Origin: an uncultured Verrucomicrobiae bacterium
GTDB lineage: Bacteria > Verrucomicrobiota > Verrucomicrobiia > Chthoniobacterales > UBA10450
Assembly (NCBI GenBank): GCA_963772365.1
Contig: CAVYXA010000001.1
Coordinates: 1,248,001 to 1,312,000, forward strand
Direction: 5' to 3'
Length of the DNA stretch: 64,000 nucleotides
Shown: piece by piece, positions 48,075-59,795 of the stretch
Layout: every line of letters starts with the position of its first letter
How positions within the stretch are numbered: the stretch's first letter is position 1
The notes under the pieces: model-generated
The model's input: the letters and a program-made list of their open reading frames with translations, nothing else
What the model was told of the DNA's origin: nothing
Database searches by the model: none
Program-made: the position numbers and the translations under genes

Positions 48075-48881
48075 TTATTCTCTGGTCACGATGCCATGAT
48101 CGAGACGCGTCGTGATGTCGTTAATTTTCTTGACCGACGTCGCGGAGATTTTCGTCGTCCCTCCGCTGATCAAAGGTTTCACGTCGCCGAGAGCGGTCTG
48201 GATCTGACGAACAATCGGCACATTATAGCGTTCCGGCATCGCCTGAAGCTGGGTCTGGAAATGATCCACCAGATCCGGCTGATGTAACAATTCGGCGCCA
48301 TCATGCGAAAACTGCTTCGAAACAACCGAGGTCAACACTTCCGTGCCGCGTAGCCACCCGCCCAGGCTCACCAGCTCGGATAATTTCTGGTCCTGCAATT
48401 CGTTCATCGCCTGCTGCACGCTGTTTTGGGTGCGGTCGAGTTCCTGCCGAACATTGTCCCAGCGTCTTTTATCGGCCGCATCGATGATCGCCTTGGCATG
48501 CGGCGTGATCGAGCTGCCCACGCCGATTTGTTTGGCCAACGCCAGAACCCGCTGACCGATGTCTTTGACAGTGGGCGCGTCCTGCGCCTGCACTGCAATG
48601 AATCCATCGGCAATCACCGTCCCCAGCAATAAAGCAACGCGCGGACGTTCGATAAAATTAGTTCCCTTATCGCTGCGGACATGTTCCTTCCAGTTCACCG
48701 TGCCCAGTTTATTCAGTGCGCTGAAAATTTCGTTCGGGAGCGGGACCACAACATCTTCGACGTTTTTGGATAGCCCTTTGATATCGACATGCTGCGGCGG
48801 CGCCTCGGCACCGGGCGCAGTCAGGGCAAACCCGACGGCGGCCAGCGCGCTCAGTTTTAGGAATCTAGGAAATAGGATCAT
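48075..48881 (-). CDS. Secreted helical hypothetical protein
   Basis: 268 aa ORF with signal peptide, first gene of the phoH cluster. Confidence 0.75.
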   Translation of the reverse strand: MILFPRFLKLSALAAVGFALTAPGAEAPPQHVDIKGLSKNVEDVVVPLPNEIFSALNKLGTVNWKEHVRSDKGTNFIERPRVALLLGTVIADGFIAVQAQDAPTVKDIGQRVLALAKQIGVGSSITPHAKAIIDAADKRRWDNVRQELDRTQNSVQQAMNELQDQKLSELVSLGGWLRGTEVLTSVVSKQFSHDGAELLHQPDLVDHFQTQLQAMPERYNVPIVRQIQTALGDVKPLISGGTTKISATSVKKINDITTRLDHGIVTRE

Positions 48882-49032
48882 TACGAGCTTCGACTGTTGA
48901 TTTCGTCTTGGTATTCAGGATTAATGGAGCAACTCTAAGCAGAACCTTCGCTTCACACAAATTGCCTTCGATAGTTGATCCTTGTAAATCGAATGATCGT
49001 CCTGTCCCGGCGGTATCGGGCCTCCTTTTGCT

Positions 49033-50046
49033 ATGGATTTAACCACATTGCAGCAAATTCTCGGCCGGGCCTCGGCCAAACGGATCGTTGTCATCGGCGA
49101 TCTGATGCTGGATGAATTCGTTTGGGGAAAGGTTGGCCGGATTTCGCCGGAAGCACCGGTGCCGGTTGTCGAAGTCACCGGCGAATCATTTTATCCCGGC
49201 GGCGCCGCCAATGTTGCTCGCAATCTCCGTGAGTTTGTCGATCACGTCGCGATCATCGGAATGATCGGCCAGGATCAGAGGGGCGACCAACTGCGTGCCC
49301 TTTTGGGCCAATGCAAGATCGACATCGCGGATGCGGTGGGCGATCAGACTTTTCACACCATCGTCAAGACCCGCATCATCGCTAGGAATCAACAGGTCGT
49401 TCGAGTCGATCGCGAAAAAATTGTCAAGCCGTCCTCTGCCCAAATCACAAGCGTTGTCGAGGCGATCCGAACAAATCTTGCCAAGACCGACGCCATCATT
49501 TTCGAAGATTACGGCAAAGGTTTTCTGGACCGCGAATTAGTATCGCAAATCGCCCGGGATGCCGTTTCGGCGGGAAAGATCGTCGCGGCCGATCCAAATC
49601 CGCACAATCTCATCGAGTGGAATAAGATTACCGCGGTAAAACCAAATCGTGCCGAAGCGTTCCAGGCCGCAGGAATTCCTTGGCGCGATCCGGGCGGCTC
49701 ACCCGTCGACGATGTCGATCTTAAAACGGCCGGCGAAACATTGCTCAAGAAGTGGGGCTGCAAGAATCTGCTGATTACGCTCGGCGAACACGGCATGATG
49801 CTCTTCGAACAAAATAAGCAGCCGCATCATATCCCCACCAAAGCCCGCCAGGTCTTCGATGTCTCCGGCGCCGGCGATACCGCCATTGCCTTGTTCACTC
49901 TCGCTCTGGCCTGCGATGCCACGCCTGTCGAAGCAGCCGAAATCGCCAATCACGCCAGCGCCGTTGTGGTGGGCAAGCTGGGAACTGCGACCGTGACACG
50001 CGATGAACTCATCGCCAGTTTCGAAAATGATACCCAAGCGTTGTAG
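49033..50046 (+). CDS. rfaE1: D-glycero-beta-D-manno-heptose-7-phosphate kinase (RfaE domain I/HldA)
   Basis: GDLMLDE, RISPEAPVPVV, DYGKG, VFDVSGAGDT. Confidence 0.94.
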   Translation: MDLTTLQQILGRASAKRIVVIGDLMLDEFVWGKVGRISPEAPVPVVEVTGESFYPGGAANVARNLREFVDHVAIIGMIGQDQRGDQLRALLGQCKIDIADAVGDQTFHTIVKTRIIARNQQVVRVDREKIVKPSSAQITSVVEAIRTNLAKTDAIIFEDYGKGFLDRELVSQIARDAVSAGKIVAADPNPHNLIEWNKITAVKPNRAEAFQAAGIPWRDPGGSPVDDVDLKTAGETLLKKWGCKNLLITLGEHGMMLFEQNKQPHHIPTKARQVFDVSGAGDTAIALFTLALACDATPVEAAEIANHASAVVVGKLGTATVTRDELIASFENDTQAL

Positions 50047-50118
50047 CGTCTGCTGTCCTCAGCGAATGAATTGCCCGCGTCAGACTCAACCGGTACGCTC
50101 GGGAGAGCGCACGCTACA
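50042..50118. repeat. GTAG-type REP doublet overlapping the kinase stop codon
   Basis: TGTAGCGT..GCTGTCCTCAGCG ... CGCTCGGGAGAGCGCACGCTACA. Confidence 0.65.
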
Positions 50119-50130
50119 GCATTGCTCGCA

Positions 50131-50654
50131 TTGAAATTGCCCACCGTTTTTCTCGATCGGGACGGCACAATCATGCGCGACGCCGATTATTGTTCCGATC
50201 CCAAAGACGTCGAAGTCTTCCCCGATGCGTCGAAAGCGTTACGCCGCCTAAAGACAAAAGGGTTCAAGCTAATCATCATCACAAACCAGAGCGGAATCGG
50301 GCGCGGCTTTTTCACTCTGGAGCAATATCGCGCCGTCGAAGCCGAAGTGCTAGGTCAACTGGGCGACGGTTTAATCGATGCGACCTATTTTTGCCCGCAT
50401 CGACCGGACGAGAATTGCAAATGCCGCAAGCCCGCGCCGGAAATGATTTTGCAAGCCGCGCGCGAACACGATGTCGATCTTACGCGATCGTTTTTCATTG
50501 GCGATAAATCGAGCGACATCGAATCCGGTCGTGCCGCCGGCCTGAAAACGATTCTGGTTCGGACCGGCTACGGGAGGCAAATCGATGAACAATTGGCTGA
50601 CTTCGTGGCCGATGATCTTGGAGAAGCTGCTGATTCGATCTTGAAAACTGCTTC

Positions 50655-50658
<4 letters not shown>
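50131..50658 (+). CDS. gmhB: Heptose-1,7-bisphosphate phosphatase
   Basis: FLDRDGTI, TNQSGIGRG, CPH..CKCRKP, IGDK; start uncertain. Confidence 0.93.
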
Positions 50659-53070
<2,412 letters not shown>

Positions 53071-53083
53071 CACTAAGAGAGCT

Positions 53084-53533
53084 ATGACCGAAAAAGAACT
53101 TGCAGTTCGACTAGTGCGGCACGGGATCGCGACACAGCGACGAACGCCGAATGAACATGCCGAGGCGAACCAAGATGCGGAAGTTAAGGCATCCGGCAAC
53201 GCCGCCACAGCTAACGCTCTTGAGTTCCTCGGCAAGCACTCTGTAGTCGCGGACGTTCAGCCCACTTTCGGCAGCGCCGGTATTGGTTTCGCCTACACGA
53301 TTGCTCCGCAGTTCGTCCAAGAGCTTACCACGGACGACGCGATAGATTCCCGCATTGAGGTACTTTTTAGTGACCCGAAGACCGAGACTGGCGACACCAT
53401 CCACGCACTATCGAGCGGTTGCGAGCGTCAAGCAGGCTGGCCTGAAGTACTGATCACATGCGATACGCCATTGTCCTTGAGCGCGGGCCCACAAGCTACG
53501 GAGCGTATGTGCCGGATCTGCCGGGTTGCGTAG
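53084..53533 (+). pseudogene. Cassette ORF, probably 3'-truncated and fused to a hicA remnant
   Basis: ATG 13 nt after the core; last ~25 codons overlap hicB out of frame; an alternative frame at 53430-53453 reads KQAGLKY*. Confidence 0.5.
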
Positions 53534-53673
53534 CAGCGGCGGAGACGCGCGACGAGGCGCTTCGCCTAATCCGCGAGGCGATCGAGTTCCATATCGAGGA
53601 GATGGAGGCAGATGGCATTGCTGTTCCGGAGCCAGCATCGAGCGCCGAGTATGTTGAGATCGCCAAGGCCTAA
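53458..53673 (+). CDS. hicB: HicB family antitoxin (cassette-borne)
   Basis: YAIVLE..SYGAYVPDLPGCVAAAETRDEA..IREAIEFHIE..VPEP; stop TAA lies in attC R'' (GCCTAAC). Confidence 0.88.
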   Translation: MRYAIVLERGPTSYGAYVPDLPGCVAAAETRDEALRLIREAIEFHIEEMEADGIAVPEPASSAEYVEIAKA

Positions 53674-53882
53674 CCATCCAATGGAGTGAACCCCAAAAGC
53701 ATTCGGGCTGTACTCTCCACTTGTGAGATGACTTCCAAACTTCCACTCCGAGCCACGCATGCTCTCGCTCGGATTGTATCCGAGGCCTCGGCTTCCCTGG
53801 TGCGACTCGCCGCTTCGCGCTCGCGCACCCCCGACGTATTGTTATTCAACGGTGGCCGTCGCTCATCTTGTTCTCGTTAGAT
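53668..53882 (+). mobile_element. Long attC site (215 bp), same family as the integron attCs
   Basis: R'' GCCTAAC, R' GTTAGAT; right arm GCCGTCGCTCATCTTGTTCTCGTTAGA identical to attC 260-383; shared loop GAGATG.CTTCCA..CTTCCACTCCGAGC. Confidence 0.85.
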
Positions 53883-53885
53883 CCC

Positions 53886-54386
53886 ATGCGTACCTCGTTC
53901 GTGATTACAATGATCCTCCTCGCAGCCTTGCATTCCGCGGCCGCCTACGAACGCGTAATCGCTCCGAACGGACTTCTCGAAGCTTTCACTACAGCAAAGA
54001 AGCCGGATGGAACAGGTATGAAGCTTTTCGTGCGCAACCGCCGCTCAAACGCCCCAGCCGTCCTGCTTCTCCAAAATGACCGCTGGATTGACGCAAAATG
54101 GTCGCCGGACTCTCGCTTCCTGGCCGTTATCGACCATCCCTACGGTCACGTAGCGGATGTTTACGTTTTCGGCATCAGCGCCGCTAACTCGGCTCGACCG
54201 CCAATCGCAAACCTTTTTTACCACACACCCGAGCTGCGGACGCATTACGTTCAATGGGATGTTGTCGATTGGCTGTTGAACACGCGCAATATCATCCTGA
54301 AAAAGAACGTGCACTTCGGCTTTCGACAGGAGACTATTGTCGCGCACATCGGCACCTCCGCATTGAAAGCCCCGGCGCCGGACTAG
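53886..54386 (+). CDS. Cassette-borne secreted protein (beta-strand rich, WSPDS motif)
   Basis: Signal peptide; ATG 3 nt after the attC core; followed by a possible attC stub CTAGACCAAGCGTTGAAGC. Confidence 0.75.
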   Translation: MRTSFVITMILLAALHSAAAYERVIAPNGLLEAFTTAKKPDGTGMKLFVRNRRSNAPAVLLLQNDRWIDAKWSPDSRFLAVIDHPYGHVADVYVFGISAANSARPPIANLFYHTPELRTHYVQWDVVDWLLNTRNIILKKNVHFGFRQETIVAHIGTSALKAPAPD

Positions 54387-54538
54387 ACCAAGCGTTGAAG
54401 CTTGTATCCTCTTAAAATGCCCTATCCGTGCCTGAGCTTTTTTTGCCTCAGCACCATTTAACCGCGAAAGCTTCGCGCGTTGATCAATGCCGTTCAGTGC
54501 GGAAGAGGAACCGGAAAGCTTACGAGATAGCGCCGGAA

Positions 54539-55564
54539 TTAATCACCATCGCTCGACTTTTGCGCGGCGCGCTCCAACCGGTCCATGATCGCTGCGCCAA
54601 GTCCGGCGAGGGAAGTCGTTCGGCGACGATGAGATCGAGATCGAGCGCATCGAGCTCGCGCAGATAGCGGAAGAGATTTGCGGCGGCTTCTCGCAAATCC
54701 TGTCGCTCGCTCAGCATTCGAACGGCGGCGAATTTCTTTTCCACTCCGACAAGATTCCACGCAAGCAAACCGACGCGCTGATTTTCCCGCGGCGAAAATG
54801 ATTTCGGCATCGTCGATCAAGCGCAGCGGCGTGTTCGGCGCGTAATGCGATGGGAATTGACCCGGCGCGGAAATTTTCTCGGCCGAGTGTGACGATGCTC
54901 GATCTTGCCAAACTCGGAAAGTTGTTCCGCGGTGATCGGTCCGCGGCGCAGGATGTCGATCTATCCCATTGCGAACCGCAGACAATGGTCGATTCGATTC
55001 CGTGCGTAGTCGGTCCGCGCATCGATGATCAACGGGATACGGCCCTCGAGCTCATCGAACACATGCTGCGCAGTGGTCGGGCTGATCCGACCGAACCGAT
55101 TTGCGCTCGGCGCGGCCAGAGGTTTTCCAAACTCGCTGAATGATTTCTGCAAAAATCGGATGCGCGCTGATGCGAACGGCAACTGTGTCGAGGCCGGCAG
55201 TGACAATATCGGGAACGATTTCGCGTTTGGGCAAAACCATCGTAAACGGGCCGGGCCAGAATCGATCCGCCAATTTCGAAATTGCCGGTAGATTGTCGAT
55301 CAGGAAGATCGGCAACTTTTTCCAGCCAATCGCGATCCGGCAAATGAACGATTAGCGGATCGAACCGCGGACGCTCTTTCGCTTCGAAAATCTTTGGCGA
55401 CCGCAATCGGATGCAGCGCGTCGGCGGCGAGGCCGTAAACAGTTTCGGTCGGCAGCGCGACGACTTCGCCCTTGCGCAGCAGTTCAACTGCTCGCGTTCT
55501 GTAGCGGCGGTCTGCGACCGCTCGTCGGCGGTCATAGACCGCCGCTACCAGTTTCTGTTTTCAC
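54539..55564 (-). pseudogene. tsaC: Sua5/TsaC threonylcarbamoyl-AMP synthase, multiply frameshifted (probable sequencing errors)
   Basis: Fragments in different frames: VALPTETVYGL, PLIVH, FWPGP, LAAPSAN, GIESTIV, APGQFPSHYAP, AIMDRLERA. Confidence 0.85.
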
Positions 55565-56062
55565 ACTGGCAATCTTGCCGCCAGCACCGATTCGGTTTGT
55601 CTTCTTTCGGAATTGCTCGAGTTTTTGCCGGAACCGTAATTTCGTCGGAGGTGGCCAGGATCGCGGCGGCGAGTAGCGCCGCGTTTTTCGCTCCCGCCTC
55701 GCCGATGGCCAAGGTTCCGACCGGAATACCGCCCGGCATTTGCGCGGTGGACGAGCAAAGAATCGAGTCCCTGCAATGCTTTGGATTGCATCGGCACACC
55801 GAGCACCGGCAGCCAGGTATGCGCGGCGATGACTCCGGCCAGATGCGCCGCGCCGCCCGCGCCGGCAATGATCACGCGCAGGCCGCGATCGGCTGCATCG
55901 CGCGTAAACTCAGCAGTTGCATCAGGAGTGCGATGGGCAGAGAGCACGCGCGTCTCGTTCGGCGATGCCAAGCTTATCGAGCGTTTCCACGGCAACCCGC
56001 ATGGTTTCCCAGTCCGATTTGCTGCCCATAATGATGGCGACTAATGGATTTGATTCCGGCAT
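55561..56062 (-). pseudogene. purE: N5-CAIR mutase PurE, frameshifted (probable sequencing errors)
   Basis: [44 protein letters not shown] split over frames. Confidence 0.88.
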
Positions 56063-56139
56063 GACGAGATTGTAGGGCGTTTCTGTGAAACGCCAAGCCC
56101 GGCATCTGACCCAGACGCCCTTATATCGGAACTTCAGCG

Positions 56140-56687
56140 CTCGATCGTTCTCGTCGGCATGATGGGTGCCGGAAAATCCGCCGTGGGAACGTGTTTGAAA
56201 CGCACGTAGCGGTCTTGCGATTGTTCGACAACGATGAAATGGTCACGGTCAAATTCAGGCTCTCGATTCCCGAAATTTTCTCCAACGATGGCGAGGAAGC
56301 GTTTCGGGAAGCCGAAACGGAGGCGCTTCGACGCTTTCGCCTCAGGATCCGGCAATCATTGTGACAGGCGGTGGAATCGTTCTGCGCGAGGAAAATGTCG
56401 ATCTTCTGAAACAGCTCGGAACGATAGTTTGGCTCGATGCGGATGACGAAATCCTTTTCCAACGCGCTTCGCGAAAGCGTAATCGCCCGTTGTTGGAAAG
56501 GGTGAATCCGAGGGAAATATTCTCGCAATTACTCAACGCGCGACGACCAATTTATGCCAAAATTGCAGAGGTGAGCATCGATACATCAAATCTCAGCGAG
56601 GAAAAAGTTGCGGATGTGGTGTTGCGTGCAGTTGGTGAAAAAGCGACGCAAGGACGCGCCGCACTCCCAAAGCTTCGCGAAATGTAA
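56140..56687 (+). pseudogene. aroK: Shikimate kinase, frameshifted (probable sequencing errors); start not resolved
   Basis: IVLVGMMGAGKS, IPEIF..DGEEAFREAE, TGGGIV, RPLL, RRPIY. Confidence 0.85.
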
Positions 56688-56748
56688 AGCAATTCCCCGT
56701 GTCGCGCGAAGCGCTTTGGGAGTGCGATGAGTCCCCGCATCGCTTTTT
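56638..56748. repeat. REP-like inverted pair, family A, overlapping the aroK 3' end
   Basis: AAAGCGACGC..CGCACTCCCAAAGCTTCGCG / CGCGAAGCGCTTTGGGAGTGCG..CGCTTT. Confidence 0.85.
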
Positions 56749-56763
56749 GAAAGATGCTTTTTC

Positions 56764-57816
56764 ATGAGTGAAGACGCTGTTGAAATAAAAGCCAGACTCG
56801 CTGCGTTTGCGCGCGAGATCGGGTTTGATTCGTGCCGGATCGCGGCTTGCGAGTCGCCTGCGCACGCTGATGAATTTCGCCATTGGCTGCGCGATGGAGC
56901 TCAGGGTGAAATGGATTACATGAAGCGCGGCGAAGAAAAACGCTGCGATCCGCAACAAATCCTGCCAGAGGCGAAGTCGATCGTTGTGGTAGCGCTGAAT
57001 TATTTTCAGGGAGACGCCGCCCATAGGGCGGCGGCTACAGAAGGTAAGATCGCGCGGTACGCCTGGGGCGAGGATTATCACGAACTGATTAAGGCGAAGC
57101 TTGATAAGATCGACAATTTTCTTCGCCAATTCGGCGGCATCCAAAAATGTTACGTCGATACCGGTCCGGTTTTGGAGCGGGATCATGCGGGGCAGGCGGG
57201 AATCGGCTGGCATGGCAAGAGCACAATGCTGATCGATCCACGATTGGGGACGTGGTTTTTTATTGGCGAGATTTTAACGACACTCGAGTTGCCGCCCGAC
57301 GCTCCGCAGATTGATCGTTGCGGAAAATGCGAACGGTGTATCACTGCTTGTCCCACCGGCGCAATCACTGCGCCTCACCGGCTCGATGCGCGCCGCTGCA
57401 TTTCCTATCTGACCATCGAACTGAAAGGTTCTATTCCTCTCGAATTCCGGCCGCTGATCGGTGATCGTATTTTTGGTTGTGACGATTGCCTGGAGGCATG
57501 TCCATGGAACCGGTTCGCAAAAGTATCGCGCGAAAGTGCATTCGCAGCGCGAAGATCGACAACAGAAATGTCGCTGCGCGATTACTTGAGCCTTGGCGAG
57601 ACGGATTTTCGAGCGCTGTTTCGCAATTCACCAATCAAACGGATCAAGCGCCGCGGATTTCTGCGCAATGTCTGTGTTGCGCTGGGAAATGTGGGCGGAC
57701 CGGAAGATTTGCCGGCCTTGGACCAGGCCGCGGCCGATGCCGAGCCGCTGATTGTCGAGCATGCAGTTTGGGCCATCGACAGAATTAGACAACGTTCGAG
57801 GCGCACAGTTTCTTGA
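56764..57816 (+). CDS. queG: Epoxyqueuosine reductase
   Basis: IARYAWGEDYH, VDTGPVLER, CGKCERCITACP, CISYLTIE, FGCDDCLEACPWN. Confidence 0.96.
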   Translation: MSEDAVEIKARLAAFAREIGFDSCRIAACESPAHADEFRHWLRDGAQGEMDYMKRGEEKRCDPQQILPEAKSIVVVALNYFQGDAAHRAAATEGKIARYAWGEDYHELIKAKLDKIDNFLRQFGGIQKCYVDTGPVLERDHAGQAGIGWHGKSTMLIDPRLGTWFFIGEILTTLELPPDAPQIDRCGKCERCITACPTGAITAPHRLDARRCISYLTIELKGSIPLEFRPLIGDRIFGCDDCLEACPWNRFAKVSRESAFAARRSTTEMSLRDYLSLGETDFRALFRNSPIKRIKRRGFLRNVCVALGNVGGPEDLPALDQAAADAEPLIVEHAVWAIDRIRQRSRRTVS

Positions 57817-57936
57817 ATCCACAAAGGCTGGTTCCAGCATCTCATTGTCGATCCTGTCGATGAACGCGAACTCGCTTACAACAGTCTAAAGTGCCATTAT
57901 TTGTGACGCCCGCCCTTGCCTAAGCCTCCCCGACAT

Positions 57937-59298
57937 ATGCATCAAACTGTCGTGACCCCACCCACCGCGAAATCCGCAGCGAAACAACGCCGTTCCCGTC
58001 GCAGGCGTCGCATCATTTTCGGCGCGATCGGAGTGGTGCTGCTTTGGATCGTGGTGTCGATCATCTTGAGCAAACGCGAGAAACCGATCCCGGTCACGAC
58101 GGAAAAAGCGGCGAAGCGAACGATCGTTGAAACCGTGTCCGCCACCGGCAAGGTTCAACCCGAGACGGAAGTGAAAATCTCGCCGGAGGTCGCGGGCGAG
58201 ATCATCGAGTTGCCGGTCGAAGATGGAAAAGTAGTCAAGAAGGGCGATCTGCTCCTGAAGATCAAACCAGATACTTACAAAGCGCTTCTCGAACAAGAGG
58301 AGGCGGCAATCAGCGCGGCTAAGGCCACAAACCTTCAGCAAAAAGCGACGATGGTGAAAGCCGAGCAGGACTTGAAACGTGCTGACAACATGTATGCGAC
58401 GAAAGCAATATCGATTCAGGAATACAACGCCGCCCAGGCTGCCTACGACGTTGCGAAAAATACTTACGAGAGTTCGCTGCACGAAATCGAGCGCGCCCAG
58501 GCCGCTTCGAGTCAGGCACGCGAGTCGCTGGCCAAGACGACCATTTATTCACCGCTCGATGGCCGGGTGACCGTATTGAACAGTAAATTGGGCGAGCGCG
58601 TTGTTGCGACCGGGCAGTTTGCCGGCACCGAAGTGATGCGCGTTGCCGATCTGGATCACATGCAGGCCGTTGTCGATGTAAACGAGAACGATGTGGTCAA
58701 AGTCAAACCTGGCGACACGGCAAACGTTAAGATCGACGCTTACGGTGACCGCAATTTCAAAGGCATCGTCCAGCAGATCGCCAATACCGGTACAACGACC
58801 GGTACCGGAACGCAGGAAGAGGTGACAAATTTTGAAGTTAAAATCGATCTCGACCGGGACGGCATATTACTAAGACCCGGCTTAAGCTGTACTGCCGACA
58901 TCGAGACGAACATGGTGAAAGACGCCGTGGCCGTGCCGTTGCAAAGCGTCACCATCCGCACCGGCGACACAAATCTGAGCCCGGAAGAAATTGAGAAACG
59001 CAAACAGAAGGAAGCGGCCCGCGACAAAGGCGACAACAATGCGGAATTCGTGAATGAGCGTCAGCAAAAACAGGCGCAAAAAGAGGAGCACGAGAAGTTG
59101 CAGAAAGGCGTGTTCGTCAAGAACGGCAGTAAAGCGCGGTGGGTAAAAGTCGCGACCGGGATTTCTAACGATACCTACATGGAAGTTAAAACCGGAGTAA
59201 AACCGGGTGATGAAGTGATTTCCGGCAGCTACAGCGCAATCAGCCGAAAGCTGAAGGATGGCGCGAAAGTGACTTATGAAAAGGAAGATAAAAAGTGA
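57937..59298 (+). CDS. Efflux periplasmic adaptor subunit (MacA/HlyD-like)
   Basis: N-terminal TM, ATGKVQP, lipoyl-like G.IIELPVEDG.VVKKGDLL, coiled hairpin, IYSPLDG. Confidence 0.92.
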   Translation: MHQTVVTPPTAKSAAKQRRSRRRRRIIFGAIGVVLLWIVVSIILSKREKPIPVTTEKAAKRTIVETVSATGKVQPETEVKISPEVAGEIIELPVEDGKVVKKGDLLLKIKPDTYKALLEQEEAAISAAKATNLQQKATMVKAEQDLKRADNMYATKAISIQEYNAAQAAYDVAKNTYESSLHEIERAQAASSQARESLAKTTIYSPLDGRVTVLNSKLGERVVATGQFAGTEVMRVADLDHMQAVVDVNENDVVKVKPGDTANVKIDAYGDRNFKGIVQQIANTGTTTGTGTQEEVTNFEVKIDLDRDGILLRPGLSCTADIETNMVKDAVAVPLQSVTIRTGDTNLSPEEIEKRKQKEAARDKGDNNAEFVNERQQKQAQKEEHEKLQKGVFVKNGSKARWVKVATGISNDTYMEVKTGVKPGDEVISGSYSAISRKLKDGAKVTYEKEDKK

Positions 59299-59337
59299 CG
59301 GGTGATGAGTGACGAGTGACGAGTGACGAGTGACGAG
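59294..59337 (+). repeat. 7-bp tandem repeat (AGTGACG)x6, left arm
   Basis: Read directly; the first unit contains the adaptor gene's TGA stop. Confidence 0.95.
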
Positions 59338-59358
59338 AGTTTCGCTACAACGCTCGCC

Positions 59359-59733
59359 ATGAAAATGAATACTCCTCGTGATTATAAAGATCTGCTTGTT
59401 TGGCAGAAAGGAATGACGCTTGCGAAAATCATTTACCGGCTAACGCAAAAATACCCGTCAGAAGAGAAATTCGGACTTGTCGCTCAAATGCGCCGAGCAG
59501 CTATTTCGATTCCATCGAACATTGCGGAAGGGCAGGCGCGGCATACGACGGGTGAATTCATTCAGTTTATTTCCCATGCAGAAGGCTCGGTCGCCGAACT
59601 CGACACGCAGTTGATTCTCAGCATCGAGCTCAACTTCTGTCGCGCCGCAGATACCGAAAAGGCCTTTGAATTGATCAATGAGCTCCGAAAGATGCTCAAT
59701 GTGTTGCGGCGTAAGCTTTCCACGAGGCAATAA
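59359..59733 (+). CDS. Four-helix-bundle protein (IVS/TIGR02436-like)
   Basis: [47 protein letters not shown]. Confidence 0.93.
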   Translation: MKMNTPRDYKDLLVWQKGMTLAKIIYRLTQKYPSEEKFGLVAQMRRAAISIPSNIAEGQARHTTGEFIQFISHAEGSVAELDTQLILSIELNFCRAADTEKAFELINELRKMLNVLRRKLSTRQ

Positions 59734-59795
59734 CTCATCACCCGTCACTCGTCACTCGTCACTTCCTCTTCACTCGTCACATGTCACTTGTCACT
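59733..59795 (-). repeat. 7-bp tandem repeat (CGTCACT)n, right arm, inverse of 59294-59337
   Basis: About 8 partly degenerate units; extends into the start of the ABC ATPase ORF. Confidence 0.92.

Noticed and set aside
54381..54405. Complete attC after the secreted cassette gene
   Set aside because: Only a degenerate left end (CTAGACCAAGCGTTGAAGC) is visible; there is no right arm or R' box.
54539..56360. Programmed frameshifting or phase variation in tsaC/purE/aroK
   Set aside because: Too many scattered indels without slippery or repeat motifs; sequencing error is the simpler explanation.
59294..59795. Tandem repeats as a CRISPR array or DGR component
   Set aside because: The units are 7 bp with no spacers and there are no cas genes. 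No reverse transcriptase or TR/VR pair lies near the four-helix-bundle gene.
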